29,313 nt of DNA from an uncultured Oscillospiraceae bacterium (GCA_964523955.1 CAZGBL010000002.1:1-29313), one strand, 5' to 3'. Shown: positions 17,091 to 25,292, counted from the stretch's first letter. Translations and numbers: made by a program. The notes: generated by a model not told the origin, from the letters alone.

Positions 17091-17918
17091 TTATCCTCCG
17101 CATACACTGCACGCCGTAAAGTTTTTCGTCAAAGCATCCTCTCGATCCATTTCGATGACATATTTTTTTACTGAATGACAGTCAGCTCTGTGATAAGAAT
17201 TTCCATATTGAAAAATGTACACCGTTTCTCCATATTTCACATCCCCTTTGATACATAGAGGACAAGCGTCATATTTTTTGAACAAGTCCCCATCCGCTGT
17301 TACCTCAAATGCATAAGAACTGATATACCGGCAGCTTTTATTGTGGTATTTCTCTCCGGCATTCGGAAAAAGATACACAATATTTCCATCCTCATCCGCC
17401 AACATTTGCTCAAAAGGAAAGACGGCTCCGGAATGCGACTCCCCATTCCAGCTGCGAAAATAGAGACTGTTTTCGATGGAAATTTCGCGAATAAATGCTG
17501 CGGGAAGGTTGATTTTCATATGATAGGATACGTTCACTTTTGTTAAATCCGATATGCCGAAAAAACCTTTTTCAAAATCATAGGTATTAAGTCGTATATT
17601 TTGAGCTTCAATACCCCGCTCCTCTAATCCCGATCTGATGCTATAAAGAAAAATTTGCCTATTTCCTGCATCAATAAATAATTCCTTTATACGATCGGGA
17701 AGCAGATCTTCTCCTTTACCAAAAATGTAAGACTCCACGGACGCCTTTCGAGCTTCATCCGCCAAAGCTTCAAAGACGAATACTTGAAGATAAATAGCTT
17801 TGATCAATGAAGAAAGAGTCAAAATACTGATAATAAATATAGGAAGAAAAATTACTGTTTCTGTTATCATAGACCCTCTTTTTCCTCCATGATATTTCAT
17901 CATTCGCCTTCCAGACAT
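17091..17918 (-). CDS. TadE-like minor pilin with two C-terminal Cys/His metal-binding modules
   Basis: Class III signal KRG|SMITE (E+5) and a hydrophobic helix; C-terminal YHNKSC...ACPLC and YHRADC...ACSVC; RBS AAAGGAG. Confidence 0.8.
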   Translation of the reverse strand: MSGRRMMKYHGGKRGSMITETVIFLPIFIISILTLSSLIKAIYLQVFVFEALADEARKASVESYIFGKGEDLLPDRIKELFIDAGNRQIFLYSIRSGLEERGIEAQNIRLNTYDFEKGFFGISDLTKVNVSYHMKINLPAAFIREISIENSLYFRSWNGESHSGAVFPFEQMLADEDGNIVYLFPNAGEKYHNKSCRYISSYAFEVTADGDLFKKYDACPLCIKGDVKYGETVYIFQYGNSYHRADCHSVKKYVIEMDREDALTKNFTACSVCGG

Positions 17919-18043
17919 GATCCGTCTCCTTTCAAAAAACCTTCCGCACTTTTAGATTCCGATATTCCCCTCGTCTGCCGTATGGCAGATTCTTTCATTA
18001 AATGCGTTCTAACAGCATCGATTAACAGTATCAACAGAATCAA
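17900..18043 (-). pseudogene. Possible 47-codon ORF / prepilin-peptidase relic between two pilin genes
   Basis: TTG start overlaps the upstream stop (TTGA), and its TGA overlaps an in-frame ATG of the next gene (ATGA). Translation MILLILLIDAVRTHLMKESAIRQTRGISESKSAEGFLKGDGSCLEGE. Resemblance to an A24 N-terminus is weak. Confidence 0.2.
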
Positions 18044-19551
18044 TAAGTATGTATCATCCGTACACGCGTTCTGCCCGATCCGATCCCTGCATAAATGCTT
18101 TTTTTCTGCAGTTCCGCTTTCAGTGAAAAACCGCAGAAGAGATTACTCAATACAAAATCCTGCCGATCTGTCCCTTTCAGGTTAATCTGGATGAGATCCA
18201 TAATGCGCAGAAGCTTTGTCTCTGACTTTTCTGTCAGCAAAAGAAGGCGAAGATAAGAGGCATAACTGAGACCCGACGACGAATTATTTTCTATCATCGC
18301 CCCATCGATCACACCTGATATCACCTCCGAGAGATCCATCTTCCAGCTCTGTTCTGACTTTATCAGTGCAATCTTATTTCCCGCCTCTAAATTCTTCAGA
18401 TCGTTCGATGCTTCCAGAGCGCTCCATGCTGTAATAATCAACAGCTGCGTCAATGGAACAAAAGGCCCTGGCGTCAGGCTCTCCGCGAAAGCCAATGTCT
18501 GTTCCAGCTTTTCAGGATTGCTGTAGAGATAAGCGGCATTCAGCGCTGTACGAATCGTATAAACAGCCCTTCTCGCTTTTTTATAATTTTCCTTATCCGA
18601 AAAACTGCCGTATAAGATATATTCCACCTCATTTGAGAAAAAGCATTCCTGCTTTTTTTCATCTATATGATTGTAAAAGAAACTCAAAATATACTCATTG
18701 GAATATATCTCCGATTTTAAAGTTTCCAGATCGGTAAGCTGCGGAAGCTTCTCAAGAGAGGATAATATTCCCGAAAAGGCGGTATTCTCCTTGTATCCTG
18801 CCAGTACAGAAGGAAGGACGTCCTTAATTTTTCCATTCCTCAATACAGCTTCCGATTCCTCTTCTGTTCTACCCGCCCCTCCATTCTCCGATTTTTCATC
18901 TAAACTGTTTTTTAAGTTTTTCAGCATGCCATGAACATGATCCGCAGTGTCAAAATCAATGGATGTTTCGCTTTGTTCATCCTCCGGCGTTTCTTCTGAC
19001 CGCCGTCTTTTTTCCTCTTCTTTTGCATTTTCCAGTTCTTCTTTTCTCTTCTCCTTATCAGATAAAAGGAGAATCGCCTCTTTTACAGACTGAAATTGTG
19101 ACATGCCATCGGAAATTCTGTCGGATATGATCTTATACTTCATAATTTCATTGATCTGATTCTGAAATACCTCGGTATCGCTCAAACAATATCCGGATTT
19201 TTCGATACTTATTTCCATCAATCTGCATTCCGTCAGAGGAAATGCCTCTAACGTTTCTTCTGATAAATCTGCAATCATTTCCGCAATCTCTCCTTCATCA
19301 TATTCATATCCAAACAGAGCATATCGATCCTTTAACGCTCTGTCGTATCCGGCCAGAATGCTGCGGCCGGCCGTCTCAAAAGTACATTCAGCCACTGAGA
19401 CTGCGGCACGTCGAGATGCTGCTTCCCCTATAGAGCCCACAGCCATGAGAACGGAAACAAATATACAGGTCAGCATAACGGCGATTGAACCGCATTTCTT
19501 CTTCCGAGCCTTTCTTATTCTCTCAATCAGATTCATTTCCAATTTTTTCAA
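18040..19551 (-). CDS. TadG-like large minor pilin (DUF5702 family)
   Basis: Basic leader KKKCG|SIAVMLTCIFVSVL; motifs DRYALFGY, NEVEYILYG, IRTALNAAYLYSN, WSALEASNDL, GLSYASYLRLLL..LLRIMDLIQINL typical of clostridial tad loci; charged coiled-coil middle. Exact start uncertain. Confidence 0.8.
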   Translation of the reverse strand: MKKLEMNLIERIRKARKKKCGSIAVMLTCIFVSVLMAVGSIGEAASRRAAVSVAECTFETAGRSILAGYDRALKDRYALFGYEYDEGEIAEMIADLSEETLEAFPLTECRLMEISIEKSGYCLSDTEVFQNQINEIMKYKIISDRISDGMSQFQSVKEAILLLSDKEKRKEELENAKEEEKRRRSEETPEDEQSETSIDFDTADHVHGMLKNLKNSLDEKSENGGAGRTEEESEAVLRNGKIKDVLPSVLAGYKENTAFSGILSSLEKLPQLTDLETLKSEIYSNEYILSFFYNHIDEKKQECFFSNEVEYILYGSFSDKENYKKARRAVYTIRTALNAAYLYSNPEKLEQTLAFAESLTPGPFVPLTQLLIITAWSALEASNDLKNLEAGNKIALIKSEQSWKMDLSEVISGVIDGAMIENNSSSGLSYASYLRLLLLTEKSETKLLRIMDLIQINLKGTDRQDFVLSNLFCGFSLKAELQKKSIYAGIGSGRTRVRMIHTY

Positions 19552-19969
19552 ACACTAAATCTGCAGTACGGATAATATCATCCTCATCCAGAGACGTCCA
19601 GACAGCTTTGCTTCTGCTCTGTGCGCGGACAGGAATCAGCGATGTAAAAGTCTTCTTTCTCTGTACTTGAGCGCTATAACTGGGTATCAAATCTCCTGAT
19701 TTCACAACTTCACTTTTTTGTACAAAATCATCATTCCATCCGGAAAGCACCGCAATTTCACCCGTACGCGAACCTAATATCACAGTCTCTGACGCTTCCT
19801 CTGCCGCTGTTCTCACATTGTAATCGATCTGTGACATATCCTGCACACTATTGAAGAAAAATATCATCAGCAAGAGAAACATCGCTGTTATAATAACGAT
19901 GACCGGATAGATCAATGCCGCTTCTACAATATAGCTTCCCCTTTTCCTGCGGAGCTTTTGTTTCAGCAT
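19523..19969 (-). CDS. TadE-like minor pilin
   Basis: RRKRG|SYIVEAALIYPVIV (E+5), single TM; ATG 19969 overlaps the flp stop (TGATG). Confidence 0.82.
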   Translation of the reverse strand: MLKQKLRRKRGSYIVEAALIYPVIVIITAMFLLLMIFFFNSVQDMSQIDYNVRTAAEEASETVILGSRTGEIAVLSGWNDDFVQKSEVVKSGDLIPSYSAQVQRKKTFTSLIPVRAQSRSKAVWTSLDEDDIIRTADLVFEKIGNESD

Positions 19970-20139
19970 CAATTGAAACTGCTTCCCAGCAGCGTGCTGA
20001 AAGTAGTATTGACAAACAGTCCGATCTGTTCTTTAAAAATGAGTCCAATTCCTACTGCAATCGCAATAAGAATCCCCACCTGTACTAATTCCATTCCTTT
20101 TTTGGATCGAATCGTAATATCAATTAACGCTTTTTTCAT
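19969..20139 (-). CDS. flp: Flp-family (type IVc) major pilin; not in the ORF track (56 aa)
   Basis: Read manually: MKKALIDITIRSKKG|MELVQVGILIAIAVGIGLIFKEQIGLFVNTTFSTLLGSSFN*; strong RBS AGGAGG 9 nt upstream; canonical position between tadC and tadE. Confidence 0.9.
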   Translation of the reverse strand: MKKALIDITIRSKKGMELVQVGILIAIAVGIGLIFKEQIGLFVNTTFSTLLGSSFN

Positions 20140-20199
20140 AAATGTCTTCCTCCTACTATATTTTATTCATCAACAAAACTCACCGCTGCACTTACACAT

Positions 20200-21576
20200 C
20201 TACATTTGCATCATCGCTGGAGCCACTGTCACTAAAACCAAGGAAACTAACATTAATATCATCGGCAATGTTAACTTCGTATCGATCAGCCGTATCTTTT
20301 CCTGCATTAATGTTCTTTCTCTGTCGCGGAGAAGGCAGCTTTCCACTTCTAATTTTTCCGCCAAAGAAGTCCCTTTTCCGATGTTGTCTTCCATCACAGC
20401 GCTGAAACGCATGATTTCATTTATTCCTGTCCTTGACGCAAACTCCCGCCACTCTTTTATGACAGATGCATTCGTCTCTTTCACCCTTTTTCCGATCTCT
20501 GCCGCTTCATATGCCAGCGTATTCTTCTTGTCATATTCAATGGCTGCACTGCAATCCTCCGCCATCTTTTCCATCGCTGTCAGAACAGTCAGACCGCTGT
20601 TTAAAAGCAAAACAAGCTTATCTATAAAAGGCGGAAAATTTCTGACAATGCCTTGCCGATATCGTCTGATTTCCTGCTCTGCGAAAAAATAACGCCGAAA
20701 AAAGATGACGGCCACGGAAATTGCCCCGCAGAACAAAACCCAGATGATACCATCTGCACTGTATTTCATCCATTTAAGTTTGATATCATCTCCAATGTGG
20801 TCTGGCAGAACAACGTTACCGTCCTGTCTCCCCATAGAAATCTCATCTATGAGAATTTGTATCTTCCGAGATACGGAAGCCTGATATAAAGAAGGATCAT
20901 CCCTAAGCACCACGTCAAATGCAACTTCTTTTTCACAGCCTTCGTAGTTAAGACTCGCCGTCAGCCTCACCGATTCCTCTTCGCCTGCGAGAGCCAGCAC
21001 ATCATAATACCCCTCCTTTGAAATCAAAACGGGATCTGATGATTCCCATAATATTGAAATACCGCTCTCATCATCTTCTGTCGGGAGATAAAAATCCTCT
21101 GTTACGATACGTACATCCCCGAACTTCGGAGCTACGAGATCCGGCAGTTTCTGAGCAAAATCATTCAAAATTTTGTTTTTCTGTTCATCATCTAACGCTT
21201 CTTCCTGAATGATAATATTAGCAGTTCCTTCTATTGTAGTTTCGCCTCTGACTGCTTCCACAATCACCGGAATCGTCTTTTGCCCTGCTCCATGCTCCGG
21301 CCGGCCGATCTGTATGATTTCCGTTTCAGACATCGAAGACGTCAGAAATACGATTGCTGACACCGCAATAACGCCTGACAAGATAGCTGCATAAAACAGT
21401 AAGTTTTTTCTCTGATAGGATTGTACTGCAGCAGAGAGCTTCTCTCCCTCATATTTTACAGAGAGTTTTCGTTCCAAAACCTCCGACTCTCCCCGCAGCT
21501 TTTCCGGAAGTCGTTTTTCCGCAAACCTCCATGAACGCATAATACCTCTGTAAAAAATACCTCTCTTTTTCTCCAT
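20200..21576 (-). CDS. tadC: TadC-like (T2SS F family) pilus platform protein with an extracellular Ig-like insertion
   Basis: C-terminal T2SSF domain (FPPFIDKLVLLLNSGLTV, IMRFSAVMEDNIGKGTSLAEKL, IDTKLTLPMILMLVSLVLVTVAP). A loop of about 190 aa between TM helices contains LPTEDDESGISILWESSDPVLISKEG..VRLTASL (bacterial Ig-like pattern). Confidence 0.82.
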   Translation of the reverse strand: MEKKRGIFYRGIMRSWRFAEKRLPEKLRGESEVLERKLSVKYEGEKLSAAVQSYQRKNLLFYAAILSGVIAVSAIVFLTSSMSETEIIQIGRPEHGAGQKTIPVIVEAVRGETTIEGTANIIIQEEALDDEQKNKILNDFAQKLPDLVAPKFGDVRIVTEDFYLPTEDDESGISILWESSDPVLISKEGYYDVLALAGEEESVRLTASLNYEGCEKEVAFDVVLRDDPSLYQASVSRKIQILIDEISMGRQDGNVVLPDHIGDDIKLKWMKYSADGIIWVLFCGAISVAVIFFRRYFFAEQEIRRYRQGIVRNFPPFIDKLVLLLNSGLTVLTAMEKMAEDCSAAIEYDKKNTLAYEAAEIGKRVKETNASVIKEWREFASRTGINEIMRFSAVMEDNIGKGTSLAEKLEVESCLLRDRERTLMQEKIRLIDTKLTLPMILMLVSLVLVTVAPAMMQM

Positions 21577-21578
21577 TT

Positions 21579-22421
21579 TTAATCCAATGAAATCAGCCGA
21601 AAACTCCAGAGGAAAGAGCCCACTGTCGCTGCCAGTGATACCGCCATAATCAGTCTTCCTTCTGCCGTCATATACATCATCGAAAGATAATCCGAAGACG
21701 ACATATTGATGAATAACACGACAACGGGAGGCATCAAAGCCAGCAAGCGGCTTTCCAATCGTTTTTGAGAAAGCAATGCATGTTTCTCTCTGGCAAGTTC
21801 AATATTCTGTGTTATGATATTGCTCGCCTTTGCGATCAATGCATTGATATCACCTCCCGTTTTTCGGCAGGTCATACAAACATCTACAAATTCAACGATC
21901 TCATCGATATGAGAACGATATGCAAGATCTTTCATCAACGGCTCTGCACTGCAATTTGTTTCACGAATGACACTGTTCATCCGAAATAACTCTCTGGCCA
22001 TATAACAGTCCCTCCCATATAATAAAGTGATAGGCTCGTAGGCGTCTTCCAACGCTTCTTCCAGATTTCTCCCTGTATTGACTGAAGAGGATATGGAATA
22101 GAGAAAATCCCGAAATTGCATTCTCAGATCATACTTCTGCCTGTTGACTTTCATTTTCTTATATATAGGAAGAACAAAAATCGAAAGAGGAATCGCTGCT
22201 GCGCTGACTGCCAAGCTGTGAAAATAGAGATATCCGCACACACCGAACAAAAGTCCACTCAGCAATAGAATATTTACTTTCTCATCTCTGCCCATAGAGT
22301 AAACATCATAATCCGTTCCTGTCCCTCTTGCATTCTGCTCTTCCGATCTTCGGGCGCCGATAAATTTATCCATACCGCCGTTCGTTTTTTCTTCGTTTTT
22401 TACCATCCACTCATTCCCCAA
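21579..22421 (-). CDS. tadB: TadB-like (T2SS F family) pilus platform protein
   Basis: QFRDFLYSISSSVNTGRNLEEAL, FVDVCMTCRKTGGDIN, QKRLESRLLALMP, MYMTAEGRLIM. Start codon uncertain (22421 or 22406). Confidence 0.88.
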   Translation of the reverse strand: MGNEWMVKNEEKTNGGMDKFIGARRSEEQNARGTGTDYDVYSMGRDEKVNILLLSGLLFGVCGYLYFHSLAVSAAAIPLSIFVLPIYKKMKVNRQKYDLRMQFRDFLYSISSSVNTGRNLEEALEDAYEPITLLYGRDCYMARELFRMNSVIRETNCSAEPLMKDLAYRSHIDEIVEFVDVCMTCRKTGGDINALIAKASNIITQNIELAREKHALLSQKRLESRLLALMPPVVVLFINMSSSDYLSMMYMTAEGRLIMAVSLAATVGSFLWSFRLISLD

Positions 22422-23640
22422 TATTCAACCCCATCATTTCAAGCTTTTCTCTGTTTTGTATGGCGTTTCCCGTAGGCTTAAGCATCCCCTTAGTGCCCGC
22501 CTCTGTTTGAAATCGGAAAATACAGTTGAGGATCGGTTCTCCCTGCTTAAAACCGAGAAATTCCGTAATTTCCATGATCTTTCTTGTCCTATCCTTCAGT
22601 CTGGACAGATGTATCACCACATCGATTCCAGATGCGATCTGGCCTCTGACCGCATCCACGGGATATTGAACCGCAGATAAACACATGGTTTCCAGTCGGC
22701 CAAACACCGCCTGCGCCGAATTTGCGTGAATCGTACTCATTCCCCCGTCATGTCCCGTATTGAGCGCACTGATCATATCTGCCGCTTCACCGCCTCGAAC
22801 CTCTCCGACGATGATCCGATCCGGTCTCATACGAAGACTTGCACGAATCAGATCCTGCATTGTTACAACGCCTCTCCCCTGTGAATTCGCATTTTTCGTT
22901 TCTAGCCGAACGATATTCTCTATTCCTCGAATCTGAAGCTCCGCTGAATCTTCGATGACGATAATGCGCTCATCTTTTGGGATGTAATCGGTCAAAGCGC
23001 CGAGCAAAGACGACTTTCCTGAACTCGTTCCTCCGGAGATGAGCAGATTATATCCGGCTTGTACCAGAACTCTTAACATATTCGCGGCTTCCTCTGTCAC
23101 CGATCCAAATCGAATGAAATCCTCCATCGTAATACGCTTCTTCGGAAATCTCCTTATAGTGAGAACTGGTCCTGTCAGCGAAATATTTTTATACACCGCA
23201 TGAACTCTCGATCCATCACTGAGCCTGGCATCCAAAATCGGATGCATTTCATTAATCTCCCTGTGAACCTTACCTGCAATTCTCATGATTACCTCTTCCA
23301 GATCTTCATCGGAAGAAAATGCCTCGTCAATCCTCACCAATTCGCCTGCACGCTCCACAAAAATATCATCTTTGCCGTTGACCATAATTTCATTGATGCG
23401 ATCATCTTCCATATAAGGCTGCAGAAGATCCAAATCCTTACGCATGGCATTAAATACGCCATTTACCAGCGCAATCTTCTCTTTGTAATTCATATCCGCC
23501 GCGTGTTCGCTTTGAAAGATATAAGCTTCGATCAGTTCTCTCATATCCTGATCCGTTTCTGGGCTTCGTTCACTGATGGATAATCTCACCTCATCCGATA
23601 TTCTTCGTATCAGCTCCGCTCTGCTATTCCCATCAAGCAA
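22411..23640 (-). CDS. cpaF: Tad pilus assembly ATPase CpaF/TadA
   Basis: [21 protein letters not shown], Walker [48 protein letters not shown]. Confidence 0.95.
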   Translation of the reverse strand: MLDGNSRAELIRRISDEVRLSISERSPETDQDMRELIEAYIFQSEHAADMNYKEKIALVNGVFNAMRKDLDLLQPYMEDDRINEIMVNGKDDIFVERAGELVRIDEAFSSDEDLEEVIMRIAGKVHREINEMHPILDARLSDGSRVHAVYKNISLTGPVLTIRRFPKKRITMEDFIRFGSVTEEAANMLRVLVQAGYNLLISGGTSSGKSSLLGALTDYIPKDERIIVIEDSAELQIRGIENIVRLETKNANSQGRGVVTMQDLIRASLRMRPDRIIVGEVRGGEAADMISALNTGHDGGMSTIHANSAQAVFGRLETMCLSAVQYPVDAVRGQIASGIDVVIHLSRLKDRTRKIMEITEFLGFKQGEPILNCIFRFQTEAGTKGMLKPTGNAIQNREKLEMMGLNIGE

Positions 23641-24796
23641 CAGAAATCACTTCCTTTAATATGCCATCAACCGATGCCGCAAAAGCGCCTGTCATACTGA
23701 TCTGTCTGCATCCATCAGCAAAATAAAAACTATGTGGATCATAAGGCAAATGCAGCAGGTTTCCATCCGCCCGATTTTCTTGAATACCTCCATCTCCGTC
23801 AAAAAAATAGAGTTCATCCTGCCCATATCCCTCCATATTGATCACCACTTTTATAATATCGGCATCAGCTTCACCGGAAGTATTTTTCAATATGTACTCC
23901 TTCCATTCTTCCGCCAGTTCGCCGCCATCTCTATCCGCTGAAGACAGGACGAACATCAAATCCGATTTTTCTGCAATCAACCCCGTAATTTCATCATTTG
24001 AATTATCCAGATCCAAGATGATCACATCAAAAATCTCGGAAAAACACAAGCTGTCGATAAAGCGTTCCATTTCTGTTACACTCAATAAGGAGAGCTCATT
24101 GATGCCGCCTGGCATATTAAAAGTGAATACTCCAAATTTATCTTTGACAAGATAAGAATCCAGCGACGTTTCCGGATGATCCCCTGCAAATAAATGGTAG
24201 ATATACTCATTTACTGTTTTATACTTTTTCCCAGACTGCATCGAAAAATATCTCCTCAGGTCATAGAGCATGGAAACGCTTACAACCAGGGCTGACCGAT
24301 TCTTTTTTTGCCGAATCATTCGAGCAATCGTCAAAGATAATGACGTTTTTCCTGCTCCACCGCAGCAACTCGTTATAGAAATAACGAAGAATGGACTCTT
24401 CTCTGATAAGAGATTTCTGCCCAATTGATGCTCCGACAGAAAAAAATTTATATGCATAACAATTTTCGATGCACTGGTATACTTAAAAATCGGCTCTGAC
24501 GCAGGCAGTTTTTCTTTTAATTGTAATATATCCTCCTCTCTCTCACATAAAAATACAGATTTTGATGCGACAGCCATTACGCATTCCTGAAAGATAAGAT
24601 TCAAATCAGCACTTCCGAAAATATAGAGATCATATCGTGCCTCAGGCATACTATCCCGCGTATGAAAATCATTCTTCCAGCTTTCAAAGTCCTCAGATGA
24701 CATGGTCACATTTCGGCAGGAACACATCATATATTGTGAAAACATCTCTCTGAACCAGTCGTCATCATCGATCAAGCACACGCTAACTCTTCTCAA
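23633..24796 (-). CDS. CpaE/TadZ-like ParA/MinD-family pilus localisation ATPase with receiver-like N-domain
   Basis: N-terminal VSVCLIDDD, IFKYTSAS; deviant Walker A SCCGGAGKTS; DVIILDL; VVINM; first gene of the tad operon, TTG start with RBS GAGGTG. Confidence 0.78.
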   Translation of the reverse strand: MRRVSVCLIDDDDWFREMFSQYMMCSCRNVTMSSEDFESWKNDFHTRDSMPEARYDLYIFGSADLNLIFQECVMAVASKSVFLCEREEDILQLKEKLPASEPIFKYTSASKIVMHINFFLSEHQLGRNLLSEKSPFFVISITSCCGGAGKTSLSLTIARMIRQKKNRSALVVSVSMLYDLRRYFSMQSGKKYKTVNEYIYHLFAGDHPETSLDSYLVKDKFGVFTFNMPGGINELSLLSVTEMERFIDSLCFSEIFDVIILDLDNSNDEITGLIAEKSDLMFVLSSADRDGGELAEEWKEYILKNTSGEADADIIKVVINMEGYGQDELYFFDGDGGIQENRADGNLLHLPYDPHSFYFADGCRQISMTGAFAASVDGILKEVISVA

Positions 24797-24823
24797 TCAC
24801 TCACCTCTTTCCCCTCCCGCAAA

Positions 24824-24838
24824 TGTAAATTTCTTACA
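24824..24838. promoter_or_regulatory. Palindromic operator candidate over the tad transcription start
   Basis: TGTAA-N5-TTACA perfect dyad immediately downstream of the predicted -10. Confidence 0.35.
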
Positions 24839-24843
24839 ATTAA

Positions 24844-24872
24844 ATCCTATCATCAGGATCGAGGTTTGTCAA
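24844..24872 (-). promoter_or_regulatory. Sigma-A promoter of the tad operon
   Basis: Minus strand TTGACA-N17-TAGGAT with TG at the extended -10 position; about 45 nt upstream of the first gene. Confidence 0.65.
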
Positions 24873-24975
24873 TATTTTCCTGTAAATTTTTGTTTGTTGT
24901 TTTTCACATATCCGGATTGCGCTTTTCAGATATGACAAAATAAATTCCTATTCAAATTGTCATAAAAATGTAATA

Positions 24976-25015
24976 TTGTGAAATAATTAATTAGTTCTTG
25001 TTAAATATTTAATTA
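24976..25015. promoter_or_regulatory. Two tandem Rex-like operators upstream of adhE
   Basis: TTGTGAA-ATAA-TTAATTA (24976-24993) and TTGTTAA-ATAT-TTAATTA (24998-25015) versus the Rex consensus TTGTKAA-N4-TTMACAA; adhE is a standard Rex target in Clostridia. Confidence 0.55.
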
Positions 25016-25027
25016 GATTCAACCATA

Positions 25028-25057
25028 TTGACATTAATTCTTTCGTTATGTTAATCT
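25028..25057 (+). promoter_or_regulatory. Candidate adhE promoter P1
   Basis: TTGACA-N18-TAATCT with TGn extension, 12 bp downstream of the Rex-like boxes. Confidence 0.5.
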
Positions 25058-25098
25058 ATGGGTGTAAGGATTTGTGTTGTCAATCTCAACAACAGTGA

Positions 25099-25126
25099 TT
25101 GTTCAATACGACCAAATAAATATAAT
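25099..25126 (+). promoter_or_regulatory. Candidate adhE promoter P2
   Basis: TTGTTC-N16-TATAAT. Confidence 0.4.
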
Positions 25127-25292
25127 TTTCGTATCATTACGTTTTTTATATTTATGCTTATCAAAAACTACACTGTAATGCTTTTGATATTTACAGTTGT
25201 TTTAAAACGTGCGTCCGTATTTGTGTGTCATCAGATGCGGAAGTGCAAACAGTTCAAGTTTAACCTTATTCATTTATTAAAAGGAGGACAAA

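Noticed and set aside
20167-20199. In-frame Cys-rich mini-ORF MCKCSGEFC directly after the tadC amber stop (possible read-through)
   Set aside because: Only nine codons, no RBS, no recoding signal visible; consistent with chance.
19958-20692. 244-aa plus-strand ORF
   Set aside because: Antisense to tadC and flp; the real genes on the minus strand have RBSs and family motifs.
24797-25027. c-di-GMP riboswitch upstream of the tad operon
   Set aside because: The predicted leader is only about 40 nt, and no GEMM-type GGCAAA/GCAAAGC motifs are present.
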